IMG/VR virus record: IMGVR_UViG_2825563536_000001
Coordinates: 1-64,000 of that record
Length of the DNA stretch: 64,000 nucleotides
DNA from: a virus
Taxonomy: Duplodnaviria > Caudoviricetes
Direction: 5' to 3' (one strand)
This document shows, in pieces, positions 31,237 to 41,868 of the stretch (position 1 is its first letter; each line of letters starts with the position of its first letter). The notes under the pieces are model-generated. The model saw only the letters and a program-made list of their open reading frames with translations. It ran no database searches and had not been told where the DNA came from. A program made the translations under genes and the position numbers.

Positions 31237-31784
31237 GCGTCGAGCCGTCACCGTTCACACGCCGCCCCGTGCCCGCGCGCTCACCGTTCTGGCTGTACGT
31301 CGACGACACACGCCGAGCACCCGAACGGTGGGCGCAGCCGACCGACATCACCAAGACACTGGATTCGCACCGCGCGCTGCGCATCGCGATCGACCGTATG
31401 ACGCTCGGCGACGGCCGTAGTGTCGCCGACGCGCTCGCCTGGATGCGGGACAATCGCTGGTGGCCGACGGCCGTCTACGTGCACGAGACACACCCCGGCG
31501 TGTCCCGGTTCATCCGTAGCTTCGTGCGCGAGCACTCGCCCGCGGGCACGTTCGGCGGGGCCGGGCTGCACTGGGGGCCACCCGCTCAGCTTGAACGCGA
31601 GCAGCCCGAGTTCAAGGAAACGGCCGAACACCTGAACCTGCGCCCGGACGAGGTCGTGCGCCTCGCGGCCGAGCTGCGCGCCGAGCACGCGGGGCCGGGC
31701 GGCCTGCCGTGGTCGAAGCTCACCGACGCGCAGAAGGTGCCGTGGATCGTCCGCGCCGCTCAGTCGCCTGCACGTACCGCTTGA
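31233..31784 (+). CDS. Divergent paralog of the cyclic-phosphate receiver domain with C-terminal extension
   Basis: LYVDDTRRAPERW and WMRDNRWWP..VYVH shared with the upstream gene. Confidence 0.65.
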   Translation: MSVEPSPFTRRPVPARSPFWLYVDDTRRAPERWAQPTDITKTLDSHRALRIAIDRMTLGDGRSVADALAWMRDNRWWPTAVYVHETHPGVSRFIRSFVREHSPAGTFGGAGLHWGPPAQLEREQPEFKETAEHLNLRPDEVVRLAAELRAEHAGPGGLPWSKLTDAQKVPWIVRAAQSPARTA

Positions 31785-31905
31785 ACGCAGCCCGCGCGAC
31801 ATCGGTCACCGTCTCGCCGTTCGCCTCCGCGGCAGCCTTCACAGCCTCCCATTCCTCATCAGGAATGCGGATGGTCCGCTGCTTCGTCTTCGGCTGGTTG
31901 GGCAC
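31720..31905 (-). CDS. Ribbon-helix-helix DNA-binding protein
   Basis: MPNQPKTKQRTIRIPDEEWEAVKAAAEANGETVTDVARAAF; probable leaderless GTG start. Confidence 0.8.
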   Translation of the reverse strand: MPNQPKTKQRTIRIPDEEWEAVKAAAEANGETVTDVARAAFKRYVQATERRGRSTAPSARR

Positions 31906-31923
31906 GCGGCCCATCATGCCAGC

Positions 31924-32065
31924 TGTCATGACAGAAGCACCCCCTTTCGATCGCTCCGTCCCAGGTCACGGTACAGGCGGGTGTCGTGACACCTCGCGGG
32001 AATCCAGTTTGCAGGGGTGTCACGACACCTGCTAGCTTTCACGGCATCGGAGGTGTCACGACACC
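31924..32065. promoter_or_regulatory. Four palindromic operators and a rightward promoter
   Basis: TGTCATGACA at 31924; GGTGTC(GT/AC)GACACC at 31980, 32016, 32052; TTGCAG-N18-TAGCTT spans the middle one. Confidence 0.75.
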
Positions 32066-32103
32066 CCCAGTACCGTTTCCATACTGACGAAGAGGTCCCT
32101 ACC

Positions 32104-32769
32104 ATGATCAGCTCCATCCGTAAGCCCCTTGTCGGCGCCGTTGCCGCTGCAGCTCTGGTTGCCGGCGGTGTCGGCGTCGCTACCGCTACAGCCGCCCCGG
32201 CTGACGACGTTCAGCTGACCGCGAGCGATGTCGACACCCCCGACACTGACGAGCCTGCCGCCCCGGCCGCGGGTTCGCTGGGTTCGCTGGACCTCGGTTC
32301 GCTGCTCGGTTCGCTGGGCAAGAAGCCCGCACCGGCTCCGGAGCCTGCACCGGCGTTCGCTGCGACCGCGGGCGACGACGTCGACACCGAGGAGCCGGGC
32401 ACGACCGTTCCGGGCTTCACGGGTTCGCTGGGTTCGCTCGATGTGGGCGGCTCGCTGTTCCTGATCCTGCAGCCGAAGCCGCAGCAGCCTGCACCGGCCG
32501 CTGACATCGCGGACGAGGTCGAGGAGCCGGGCACCGAGGAGCCTGTCGAGGAGCCGGAGTACATCACCGGTTCGCTGGGTTCGATCGACTTCGGCGGCTC
32601 GATCTACAAGGGCGTGCAGGGCGAACTGCACCCGGCACCGGCCCCGGCGCCGACCGCTGACATCGCGGACGACGTCGACGTCGAGGAGCCGGGCGACGAG
32701 GACGACACCGAGGCCCCGGCCACCGGTTCGCTCGGCTCGCTGGACCTGTTCGGCTCGCTGCTCAAGTAG
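32104..32769 (+). CDS. Secreted acidic protein with four GSLGS[LI]D repeats
   Basis: Sec signal peptide; four acidic/Pro-rich units each ending in a GSLGSLD-type motif. Confidence 0.8.
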   Translation: MISSIRKPLVGAVAAAALVAGGVGVATATAAPADDVQLTASDVDTPDTDEPAAPAAGSLGSLDLGSLLGSLGKKPAPAPEPAPAFAATAGDDVDTEEPGTTVPGFTGSLGSLDVGGSLFLILQPKPQQPAPAADIADEVEEPGTEEPVEEPEYITGSLGSIDFGGSIYKGVQGELHPAPAPAPTADIADDVDVEEPGDEDDTEAPATGSLGSLDLFGSLLK

Positions 32770-32780
32770 CCAGTAACGAC

Positions 32781-32812
32781 GAAGCCCCCGCACCTTCTGG
32801 TGCGGGGGCTTT
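32781..32812. terminator. Bidirectional terminator
   Basis: AAGCCCCCGCACC-TTCT-GGTGCGGGGGCTT between convergent genes. Confidence 0.8.
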
Positions 32813-32826
32813 CTCGTGTTCGGGGG

Positions 32827-33540
32827 CTACTTCTTGGTGGCCTTGGCGAGGTCGGCGGTGGCGCTGCCGATCGCGGTCAGCAGGTCGGCGGCCGCGGTCA
32901 CTGCGTCGGGGTCGGCCGACTGCGCGTTCGTGGCGATCGCCTTCCACACCTCATTGATGGCGCGCTTGCCGTTGCGGGCGACCTCTTCGTCGGTCGGGCC
33001 GGGTCGGGTCGGGCGCTGCGGGGCGTCGGGGTGGATCGCGGGCTTGGCGGTCTGGAACCACTCGGTGAGGTTGATGCGCGGCAGTGCGGCGACGGTTGCC
33101 CGCTGCACGTGTGCGGCGTCGAGCTGGCGGCGCAGGCCGTGCGCGGTGTCGCGCACCTCGTTCAGTTCGCCGTTCAGGCGGCGCAGGCGTTCGAGTCGGC
33201 GCTCGGCGCGGTCGGCGTGGGTTTCGCCTTCCTCGCGGAGCCGCTTGCACGCCTTGCGGGCGTCGAGCAGTGCGGCGCGCAGCTCGGCGACCTGTTCCTC
33301 GGCGGCCTCGGCGCGCCTGGCGGCCTCGTTGGCGCGGTCGAGGCGCGCTGCTGCGAGGTCGTTCGCCGTGCGGGCGCGTTCGACGGCGCGGTCGCGCTGC
33401 GCGGCCAGGTCACGCAGGTGCCCGTCCATCAGGCGCTGCTCGGCAGCCCTCGACGGGCCTTGAAGGTACGGGTTCAGCGGCCGGAAGATCGGGCCGCCGA
33501 CAGCGAACTCGCGGGCGCCGGTATGTGGATGATCGAACAA
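32827..33540 (-). CDS. Coiled-coil hypothetical protein
   Basis: Heptad-rich ORF with AGGAG RBS. Confidence 0.6.
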   Translation of the reverse strand: MFDHPHTGAREFAVGGPIFRPLNPYLQGPSRAAEQRLMDGHLRDLAAQRDRAVERARTANDLAAARLDRANEAARRAEAAEEQVAELRAALLDARKACKRLREEGETHADRAERRLERLRRLNGELNEVRDTAHGLRRQLDAAHVQRATVAALPRINLTEWFQTAKPAIHPDAPQRPTRPGPTDEEVARNGKRAINEVWKAIATNAQSADPDAVTAAADLLTAIGSATADLAKATKK

Positions 33541-33557
33541 GGGTTATCTCCTGGGTA

Positions 33558-34808
33558 TCAGAGGAAAGCGAAGTCGGACCAGCCGAGCGGGTCCGCGGGG
33601 TTAGCGAGGAACGCGAGCACGCCCGAACGGCTGAACCGGCCGGTCATGTCGCGCAGCCACTTCGACCCGCCGTCGAGCGACGGGCACTGGAACGCGCTGC
33701 AGCTGCCCAAGTCCCAGCAGGCGAAGTGGTGCCGGTGCGCCGTCACCCACACCTGCACGGCGTGCGCGAGGTCGTCACCGCGGACCTGCCCGTTCAGCCA
33801 CTTCTCGAACCCGCCGGCGTCGTTGCCTGCGATCTTGTGGCCGTGGTTGAACCCCATGCGGATTCCACCGGCGGTCGTCGCGTACACGTTCATCTCGTCG
33901 TGCGGGATCGTCCACTGCACGTGGTCGAACTCGGCGCGCTCACGCATGATGCGCTGCAGGGTCTCGGCGAGGAACCCGCCCGCGTTGTCGGCGTCGCCGG
34001 TGCGGTTCTTCGGGCCGCCCATGCGCCCGAACTCGCCGTGGTTGCACAGCACCGACACGAACCGGGCCTTCTCGAACTGCGGGAACAGGGTGCGGGCGTA
34101 CAGCTCCCACGCGTCGAGCGCGAAGTTCATTTGGCCGCGGGTGTCGAGTTCGACCTTGAACAGCTGGTTCGCGTAGTTGCCGTCACAGCCTTCGATCGGG
34201 TCGCCGTTGTTGACCAGGAACACCTCGGTGATGTTGTGGTCGAGGCGCTGCCGGTCGAGCCAGCGTTGCGTGTTCTCGAGGCCGTCGGTGAGACGCTGCA
34301 GGGTCGCGGCGACACCGGTGTTCCCGCCTTCGGCCTTGCCGCCCTGGATGTCGGCGAGGTTGACGACGGCGGTCACTTCGGGGCCGTCGGTGCGGGCACC
34401 TGAGGTGCGGCGGATGCGGCGGGGCAGTCGCCAGTCGCGCATTCGGGCCATGTGGGCCTCGACGTCGGCGGCGGGGAGTAGGCCCTCGGGGCGGCGGCGG
34501 AACCGGGCGCTGTACGAGTACAGCTGCACGACGTCGCGCTGCCCGTCGTCGGTGGCCTTCGACTGCTGCCACGTCGACATGCGGACGGTGTCGTCGACGA
34601 CCTCGAACACGCTCGCGTCGAGCTTGAACAGGGCGAACACTGGCGTCCAGTCGTCGACGATCGGGGCGTCGACGACGACGTCGCGGACCTCGGCGCCGTC
34701 GGGGGTGAGGTCGACCTTGCCCTTACCGGCGACGGTGGACACTGCGGTCGGCGCGGTCGCGTACGGGCTTTCGCGGCGGGCGGCGTGCAGTGTCGCGGCG
34801 ATGCTCAC
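33558..34808 (-). CDS. Mre11-like calcineurin-family metallophosphoesterase/nuclease
   Basis: ADIQGGK, GDPIEG, CNHGE, HGH and HRHH motifs. Confidence 0.8.
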   Translation of the reverse strand: MSIAATLHAARRESPYATAPTAVSTVAGKGKVDLTPDGAEVRDVVVDAPIVDDWTPVFALFKLDASVFEVVDDTVRMSTWQQSKATDDGQRDVVQLYSYSARFRRRPEGLLPAADVEAHMARMRDWRLPRRIRRTSGARTDGPEVTAVVNLADIQGGKAEGGNTGVAATLQRLTDGLENTQRWLDRQRLDHNITEVFLVNNGDPIEGCDGNYANQLFKVELDTRGQMNFALDAWELYARTLFPQFEKARFVSVLCNHGEFGRMGGPKNRTGDADNAGGFLAETLQRIMRERAEFDHVQWTIPHDEMNVYATTAGGIRMGFNHGHKIAGNDAGGFEKWLNGQVRGDDLAHAVQVWVTAHRHHFACWDLGSCSAFQCPSLDGGSKWLRDMTGRFSRSGVLAFLANPADPLGWSDFAFL

Positions 34809-35140
34809 GCGAGGGCCTGCACGATCGCATGGAACAGGCGGTCCTTGACGCGCTCGCGCTCGGGTAGGTCGGCGTACGGCACGAGGCACGGATGCGTCCT
34901 GAGGCGCTCGTTCTTCTCGGGGCCGAACACCCAGCCGCGCTCGCGCTTGAACTCGCACCACGACTCGTGCAGCTCCTCGGGGGTGGCGCCGGCGCGCGCC
35001 TTCGCGACACCGTCCTCGGCGCTCGCGCGCATCTCCTTCGACAGGGCGGGCCAGTGCCTATTCGCGAAGCCGTCGCGGTTGATGATCTGGACGGCGCGGT
35101 TCGCTTCGTGGCAGACGCGTGCGATCTGCCGGTCGGTCAT
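34805..35140 (-). CDS. RyR-domain protein
   Basis: LHESW...GWVFGP.KN...THPCLVPYADLP..ERVKD. Confidence 0.8.
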   Translation of the reverse strand: MTDRQIARVCHEANRAVQIINRDGFANRHWPALSKEMRASAEDGVAKARAGATPEELHESWCEFKRERGWVFGPEKNERLRTHPCLVPYADLPERERVKDRLFHAIVQALA

Positions 35141-36269
35141 GCTCAGGGGGTCTCACCTCGAGGGGGGTCGGTGCGGGCGGGGAAGACTCGCCGCTGCAGG
35201 TCGATCCATTGGCCGTCGGCGGCGCGGGCGCTCACACGGAGGCGCAGGGCGCCGCTCTCTGCGCGGCAGACGATGTGGGTGCGGGTGCCGACCGGCACGC
35301 GGGCCGCCTTCTCGTCGTGCGCGAGCTGCTGCTCGAGCATCTGGAACAGGCATTCGACGCGCAGGTCGGCGTCGCGGCGGTCGCGGGTCTCGTTCGGGTC
35401 AGTCGGGTTCACTGAACATCGTTTCGTCGAACAGGCTGCGGCCGTCGAGGACGCGACGCTGCGGGGCGGACCATTCGCCGCCGATCGGTCGGGCCGTGAA
35501 CACCTCGAGGATCAGGTCGCCCTGCTCGGCCATGCACCTGTTGATCGCGAGGCCGTGGTCCTCAGGGATCGGCCGTGAGGCGTTGTCGATCGCGAGCGCG
35601 AGGGCCTGCTCGAGCGCGTCGAACTGCCAGGCGATCCGGGTGTCGGCGTCGAACCGCGCGTCTTCCGGCTCACCCATCGGCAGGCTCGGGGTACTCGCAG
35701 CCGCACCGCGGGGCGAGGTGGTTGTTCAGGGCGGACACGCCGAACGGGAACCGGTGCTTGTCGCGCAGCAGGCGGTGCAGCTGGTTTCGACTGCGGCCCT
35801 CGGCAACCCAATCGAGGATGCCGTCGCGGTCGGCGGGCGTTTGCTTGTCGAGCCACTTCCCGACGGCGCACCGCTTGCGGGCTGCAGGCTCGGCGGCCGC
35901 GGCCGCGAGGGTATCGGCGATGCTCACCGAGTCATCACCACCTGAGCGTCCGCCGGCGCGGTGATCGTCACGCGCACGGCGTAGTCGCAGTCCTTCGACT
36001 GCTCGAGGGCGATGGGCCAGCTCGGCACGGGGTGCGCCTCGGAAGTCTGGCCGACGGCGACCATCCAGCAACCGGAGTCGTTGTCGAGGTCGAGAGATAC
36101 CTGCATCTGCCCGTGCTTGGACAGGAGGTGGAACTGGGCGCCGTTGTAGGCGTCGTACTCGCTCGGGGTGCCGTCGACGATCACCACGGCGGTGTCGTCG
36201 CTGGCACCCTCGAACGAAAACAGCTGAGAGGTCACGCCTTCCGACGCTAAAGGTTTCGGGCGTGGCAGA

Positions 36270-37253
36270 TTATGCAGCGGCGAGCAGGCCCTTGTCGCGC
36301 CAGCGGCGGACGGTCTTCTCGTCGCGGCCGACGGCCTTCGCGATGTGTCGAATCGGGCGGGCCTCGGCGAACAGCTGCGCGGCGGCTTCGACGGATGCCT
36401 GGTACTCGCTCAGTTCGCCGTTGCGGGCACGTTCGCGGTTCTGCTTGAGGGTGCACGCGTTGCAGCGGCCGCGGGAGTTGTGCCGGACGGTGCCTGCGGG
36501 CAGTGCGGCGCCTTCGGGGAGGTCGCGGTCGTAGACGACGGGGCGCTCACACAGGATGCAGTGGGTGACCTTCTCCACCTTCTCGATCCGTCCGCCGGCG
36601 GCTTCGGCTTCGGCCGCGAGGTGGGCGGCTTCGGCTGCGCGGCGGGCGTCGGCGACGGCCTGGTCGCGTTTCTTCGCGGCTGCTGCTCGGCGGGCGCGTT
36701 CCTTCGCGAGCTTGCGCTCGGCGGCGGCCTTCTGCTTCTTCTCGGTCTCGGCGGCGCGCTCGGCGAGGATCGCGGCCTGCTCGTCGGGGGTGGTGCCGCG
36801 CCAGAACGTGCGCGAGGTGTGCCGCTCGTAGCCGACCTTCACGATGCGGGCCTGTGCGACAGCGGTGTTCACGAGGCCCTGCAGGTAGTGGTCGCTGTCG
36901 GGTGAGGGGACGGCGCCCATGTCGAAGGTGTCGCCGGACGTGATCAGGCGTTCGAGGGATGCGGCGGCGCGGCGGTCGTTCAGGGGGCGGGGGATGTCGA
37001 CGTGCGGGGCGACGTGTTCGAGGTAGGTGCCTGCAGTGCAGCCGATGCGTTTCGCGATGAGGCTCGCTTCGGTGACGCCGCTCGCCACGAGGAAGCGGGC
37101 GTCTTCGATCCAGTCGGGGACGCGGTCGGCGACGGAGTTCGGGCGGGCGAAGCTGACGGAGTCGGCGCGGCGGCGGGGTGCGAGGTCGGCGGTGGCGACA
37201 TCCTCGTCAGGCTCCCAGGTGCCGGTGAAGAGGGGGCGGGTGAGGGTTGTCAT
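36270..37253 (-). CDS. HTH / Zn-finger DNA-binding protein
   Basis: CILC...H..RGRCNAC and C-terminal HTH IRHIAKAVGRDEKTVRRW. Confidence 0.65.
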   Translation of the reverse strand: MTTLTRPLFTGTWEPDEDVATADLAPRRRADSVSFARPNSVADRVPDWIEDARFLVASGVTEASLIAKRIGCTAGTYLEHVAPHVDIPRPLNDRRAAASLERLITSGDTFDMGAVPSPDSDHYLQGLVNTAVAQARIVKVGYERHTSRTFWRGTTPDEQAAILAERAAETEKKQKAAAERKLAKERARRAAAAKKRDQAVADARRAAEAAHLAAEAEAAGGRIEKVEKVTHCILCERPVVYDRDLPEGAALPAGTVRHNSRGRCNACTLKQNRERARNGELSEYQASVEAAAQLFAEARPIRHIAKAVGRDEKTVRRWRDKGLLAAA

Positions 37254-37331
37254 GCGGTAGGGGCCTTTCTGGATGCTGGTGGCGGCACAGGCGCCGTTTC
37301 TGGGCCTGTGCCGCCGGATGGGTGGGGGGGG

Positions 37332-38900
37332 TTAGCGGGTGAGGGCGAGCGCGCGGTCCATGCGGTTCGTGGCGCCGACCGTGAACGCGGCCGAGACGTT
37401 GCGGTTCGCGTCGAGCAGGCGGCCGGGGTTGAGCACCTGCTGCGCGCGGGTGATCGCGACGTACGACAGCATCTGCTCGTCGCGGAGCTTCGCTGCCAGC
37501 TCGCGGTTGCTCGGCTCGGTTTCGAGCATGTCCTCGGCGCGGGTGAGGGTGACGGCGAGGCTGTCGTCGAGCAGCACCCGGTCCCACTCGCGGCCCTTCG
37601 ACTTGTGCGCGGTGCAGATCGTCAGCTCGGCGTCGCGTTCGCTGACGGTGCCGCCGAACGCTGCGCGCAGGTCGTCGACGGTGTGGTCCTCGAGCAGGCT
37701 GATGAGGGTCTTCCAGTCGGAGGCGTCGCTCGCTTCTTCGGCGTACTCGACGACCTGCTCCCAGGTATCGAACGCTGCGAAGTCGGCGAAGCTGGGCTTC
37801 TCGCCTGCCATCAGCTTCTCGGCGGCGTCGAGGAAGTTCGACGCGTACTGGGTGTCCGCCATGAGGTGCACGCGCTCGCCGCGCTGCAGCGCCTTGATCA
37901 CCTGCGCGAGGGCGGCGCCGTTCGTGCGGGTGAGGATCGCGTCGAAATCGGCTGCGCCGCGGTCGACGACGGAGTCGAGTCCGGGGTTCCCGGTCAGGCG
38001 CAGGTCGTCGCCGAGCGCGCCGAGCATGTGGTTGGCGGCGTCGGCGATGCGGTCGCCGAACCGCCACGAGCGGCTGAGGTTGCCGGTGTGCTCGGCGGGG
38101 AACGTCGACATGAAATCCGTTGCGCCGGTGAACCGGTAGATCGCCTGGGCGCTGTCGCCGACGCATACGACCTGCAGGTGCTTCTGGTTCTCGATCACGT
38201 CGGCGAGGACCGGGCTAATGTCCTGCGCTTCGTCGACGAACAGGGCGGCACCTTCGGGGCCGAAGATCGGGTACTGCAGTTGCCACAGCTTGAGGTAGTG
38301 CGAGTGCGTGAAGGTGCTGCCGGTGCCGTACGGGCTGAGCAGGTCGGCCCACATTGCGCGGGCGATCGGGAGGACGACGTCGACGACGCTCATGTGGCCG
38401 TCGCGGTGGATGCCGGTCACGCGGGGGACGTGCTTCGCGGCGATCTGCGGGTCGGCGGTCTTGCAGAACTCGTCGACGGTCTTCGCGGCGTGGCGGCCGA
38501 GTACGAACGCGGACAGGTAGCGGCGCTCGCCGTCGGCGCCGGTGAAGCCTGCGCCGCGGATGTTGAAGCGTTCGCGGGTGATGTGGAACGGGACGCGGCC
38601 CGCGTTCAGCTTGTCGATGAGGGGCGCGTGGTCGGGGTGCTTCGCGATGTAGTTGAACGCGAGGGAGTGCGCGGTGCGGGCGGCGACGCTGCCGGGCAGT
38701 TTGCTGCCTGCTTCCTTCGCGATCGAGGAGTTGAACGCGATGTAGAGGCCGACGCGCTGCTGCTCCTCGAGGATGCCGCCGAGCTGGACGAGGGTGGAGG
38801 TCTTGCCGGTTCCGGCACCGGCGCGGACGCGGAGGCTGCCGCCGGTGCGGAAGAGTTCGTGGATGTGGGCCTGTTCGGCGGTAGGGGCGAAGCTCGACAT
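37332..38900 (-). CDS. UvrD-like SF1 helicase
   Basis: AGAGTGKT, VDEAQD, VGDSAQAIYRF, TAHKSKGREW, YVAITRA. Confidence 0.92.
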   Translation of the reverse strand: MSSFAPTAEQAHIHELFRTGGSLRVRAGAGTGKTSTLVQLGGILEEQQRVGLYIAFNSSIAKEAGSKLPGSVAARTAHSLAFNYIAKHPDHAPLIDKLNAGRVPFHITRERFNIRGAGFTGADGERRYLSAFVLGRHAAKTVDEFCKTADPQIAAKHVPRVTGIHRDGHMSVVDVVLPIARAMWADLLSPYGTGSTFTHSHYLKLWQLQYPIFGPEGAALFVDEAQDISPVLADVIENQKHLQVVCVGDSAQAIYRFTGATDFMSTFPAEHTGNLSRSWRFGDRIADAANHMLGALGDDLRLTGNPGLDSVVDRGAADFDAILTRTNGAALAQVIKALQRGERVHLMADTQYASNFLDAAEKLMAGEKPSFADFAAFDTWEQVVEYAEEASDASDWKTLISLLEDHTVDDLRAAFGGTVSERDAELTICTAHKSKGREWDRVLLDDSLAVTLTRAEDMLETEPSNRELAAKLRDEQMLSYVAITRAQQVLNPGRLLDANRNVSAAFTVGATNRMDRALALTR

Positions 38901-38975
38901 GCTGCTGTCCGTCCGTGAGGTGGGCTTGTGGGGGGCCGGGCCGCGGTGTGCGGCCCGGCCTGGGGGGGTGCGGTA

Positions 38976-39233
38976 CTACGGGCGAATCGCGTCGAAGTAG
39001 CGCAGGGCGGCGTCGACCGCCTCCTGCGCGGCGTCAAGGGCGGCCTCGTCGTTGTCGGCGTCGGCGAAGCGGGCTGCGGCGGCGCGAAACGCGGTCACGT
39101 CGGGCTGCGGGCCGTCGATGATGCGGCACGCGGCGTCGAGTGCGTTACTCGCTGCGGCGGGTGCTACCTCGACGCCTTCGAGTGCGGCGACGGCGGTGCG
39201 GAACTCGGCGACTGCGGCGGTGTTGTTGTGCAT
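38976..39233 (-). CDS. Hypothetical protein (cassette-promoter driven)
   Basis: GAAAGG RBS and a family promoter at 39293-39322. Confidence 0.6.
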   Translation of the reverse strand: MHNNTAAVAEFRTAVAALEGVEVAPAAASNALDAACRIIDGPQPDVTAFRAAAARFADADNDEAALDAAQEAVDAALRYFDAIRP

Positions 39234-39356
39234 GTGTATTGCCTTTCGGGGTAGGGGTCTTGCCTGCGGGGCGGTGTGCCCTGCTGCCGGTAACGATACG
39301 GCGTTTGTGACCCCATGTGCAAACCTGCAGCGTGGGGTCACAAACTGTGCAATGTG

Positions 39357-40349
39357 TCAGGCTGCGGCCGGGGGCGAATCGGCTGCAGCGATCGCCGCAC
39401 CGACACGCTCGCCGAGCCACTTCGCGACGTGCACCGGCACCGCGTTGCCGATCTGCTTCTTCACCTCGTCGGCCCGGCCGGTGAACTGGTACGAGTCCGG
39501 GAAGCCCTGCGCGCGGGCGCATTCGCGGTTCGTCAACATGCGGAACCGCATCCCCTCGTCAGTGAGGGTGGCGACGCCGTGATGGTTCCCGCCGGCGGTG
39601 ATGCACGCGAGGGGGTACGAGTCGGCCCGCTTCGCCTTCGCGTTGCGCCGGTACGTGACCAGGTGCGGCACGTTGCGCTCGGTGATCTGCGCGAGCTGGT
39701 TGTCGACGTACAGCGACCGGGTGACGAGCTTGCCGGGGTTCGGGTCGAGAATCCAGCTCGCGGGCACGCGCGGCATGTCGGGCAGCGTGAGGTCGACGTC
39801 GCCGGTGCGGGTGAACACCGCGAAGTACCGGACGCGGTGCTGCGGCATCGCGAAGTCGGTCGCGTTCAGGATCACGACCTGCTCGACGTAGCCGAGGGCG
39901 CGCATCCCGTCGAGCCACCACTGGTAGAGGGTCCAGTCCTGGAACTCGGGCACGTTCTCGACGATCACGGCGTCGTATTCGTGCACCTCGGTCGCGGCGA
40001 TCACGGCGAAGGCGGTCGCCCGGTCGACGCTGCCGGGGTCGTCGCGCTGCAGCTCGACGTCGGCGTCGGGCTTCTTGCGGCCGCCGGACCGGGCGTGCCA
40101 GACGCACGACGGGGAGGCCCACAGGATGTTGGTGCGGGGGAAGGTGCGCCAGTCGACTTCGGACAGGTTCGCGATGCGGTGCTCGGTGTGCGGGTGGTTG
40201 GCGCTGTGGGTGGCGACGGCGACGTCCCAGTGGTTCGCGGCGATGCGGACGTGGATTCCGGCCTGCTCGAGTCCTTCGCTGCTTCCGCCGCCGCCGGCGA
40301 ACAGGTCAGTGGCCGTGAGGACTTCGGGGCTTCCGTTGTTCGAGATCAC
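39357..40349 (-). CDS. DNA cytosine-5 methyltransferase
   Basis: DLFAGGGG, WASPSC, VENV, QHRVR, KQIGNAV. Confidence 0.9.
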   Translation of the reverse strand: MISNNGSPEVLTATDLFAGGGGSSEGLEQAGIHVRIAANHWDVAVATHSANHPHTEHRIANLSEVDWRTFPRTNILWASPSCVWHARSGGRKKPDADVELQRDDPGSVDRATAFAVIAATEVHEYDAVIVENVPEFQDWTLYQWWLDGMRALGYVEQVVILNATDFAMPQHRVRYFAVFTRTGDVDLTLPDMPRVPASWILDPNPGKLVTRSLYVDNQLAQITERNVPHLVTYRRNAKAKRADSYPLACITAGGNHHGVATLTDEGMRFRMLTNRECARAQGFPDSYQFTGRADEVKKQIGNAVPVHVAKWLGERVGAAIAAADSPPAAA

Positions 40350-41027
40350 TTCGCACCTGCCAGCGCGGGGAGGGGCAGCCGCCAGTCGCGAGTGTCGTTG
40401 TCGTACGGGGCAACCCGCAGGCTGAACGCGAGCGTGGAGAGTTCGTCGGTCAGGTGGTCGAAGTCGGCGGGCAGCACGTTGGTGCCGTCGGCGTCGAGCA
40501 GGCTCGTGACGTAGAACTCGCCGGGGTGGTCGCTGTCGAGCACGAGCGTGCGAGCGGCCGGGGAGAGCTCTGCAGCGCGCTCGGCGAGTGCGATCGGGAG
40601 CAGCGCGTCGAGGCGATCGCCGGTGGCGAGGTGGTCGGCGATTACCTGCGCGACTTCGGTGCGAGCAGCATTCATGGCGTGGGCCTTTCAGGTGGTAGGG
40701 GGCTATTTGCCGGTGTAGGCGACGTACACGACGCCGTTACGAATCTGGGCGTCGAACCCGCGTCCGAACGCGGCGTCCTTGCCGCGGTTGATGCGGTGCC
40801 GCAGGCCGTGCAGGTGCACGACGTCGTGCGGATACTCGGCGTAGCGGCCGGGGTTCGCGCGCAGCTCGTCGGCGAACGCGCGGTTCTCGGCGTGCCGGGC
40901 ACGGGTCTGCGGCGGGGCCGCGTGGGCGGGGAGGGCGTTTACGAACGTGGTCATGGTGGGTTCCTGCGGTAGGGGCGGGACCGGACCGGCCGGGGGGCGA
41001 GGGCACCGCCCCCCGACTCGGCTCAGA

Positions 41028-41531
41028 TCAGAACGGAGGCTCGTCGCCGCCCGCGAAGCCGCCCGCCTGCGGGGCCGAACCCCACGGGTCGGACTGCGAC
41101 TGCTGGCCCTGCGACGGGCGGTTGAACTGGCCGTTCGAGCCGCCACCGTTGCCGCCACCGCCGCCGCGGCCCGCCTTGTTGACGCGGGCGGTCGCGTACT
41201 TGAGCGACGGCGCGACCTCGTCGACCTCGAGTTCGACGACGGTGCGCTTCTCGCCTTCCTTCGTCTCATAGCTGCGCTGCTTGAGCTTGCCGGACACGAT
41301 CACGCGGGTGCCCTTGGTCAGCGACTCGGCGGCGTTCTCGGCCTGCTCGCGCCAGATGTTGCAGCGCAGGAAGAGGGCCTCGCCGTCCTTCCACTCGTTC
41401 GTGTTGCTGTCGAAGTTGCGGGGGGTCGACGCCACGGTGAAGTTGCAGACCGCGGCACCGGCCGGGGTGAACCGCAGCTCGGGGTCGGCGGTCAGGTTGC
41501 CAATGACGGTGATGATGGTTTCGCCAGCCAT
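41028..41531 (-). CDS. ssb: Single-stranded DNA-binding protein
   Basis: [23 protein letters not shown]...DEPPF. Confidence 0.97.
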   Translation of the reverse strand: MAGETIITVIGNLTADPELRFTPAGAAVCNFTVASTPRNFDSNTNEWKDGEALFLRCNIWREQAENAAESLTKGTRVIVSGKLKQRSYETKEGEKRTVVELEVDEVAPSLKYATARVNKAGRGGGGGNGGGSNGQFNRPSQGQQSQSDPWGSAPQAGGFAGGDEPPF

Positions 41532-41542
41532 GCTGGTTCCTT

Positions 41543-41833
41543 TCAGTTGGTGAGCGCCGGGGTGTCCGGCGTCCAGTTGGTGAGCGCCTGCTCGAGTTCG
41601 TCGATCCTGTTCTCGCGGTAGCCGTCCCAGTGCATGTCGCCGCAGATGGTGACGGGTGCGCCGAGGTAGCCGAGGGCCTTCGCGCGGTCGCCCCATTCGG
41701 TGTCGACGGTGCCGTCGACCTTGTCGAACGGGATGCCGCGCTTCGTCATGTCGCGGGCGGCGACGTTGCAGCGGCCACAGCCGGGCGCGGAGACGAGGGT
41801 GACGCGGGGGGCGTCGGGGTGGATGTCGAGCAT
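41543..41833 (-). CDS. nrdH: NrdH-like glutaredoxin
   Basis: CGRC, GYLGAPV and HWDGYR motifs. Confidence 0.85.
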   Translation of the reverse strand: MLDIHPDAPRVTLVSAPGCGRCNVAARDMTKRGIPFDKVDGTVDTEWGDRAKALGYLGAPVTICGDMHWDGYRENRIDELEQALTNWTPDTPALTN

Positions 41834-41868
41834 TGGGGTGAATCTCCTTGGTGCGCCGCGACGCTCGG

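Noticed and set aside
31980-32065. Three repeats with equal spacers as a mini-CRISPR array
   Set aside because: Repeats are only 14 bp, overlap a promoter next to an RHH gene, and no cas genes are present; operators fit better
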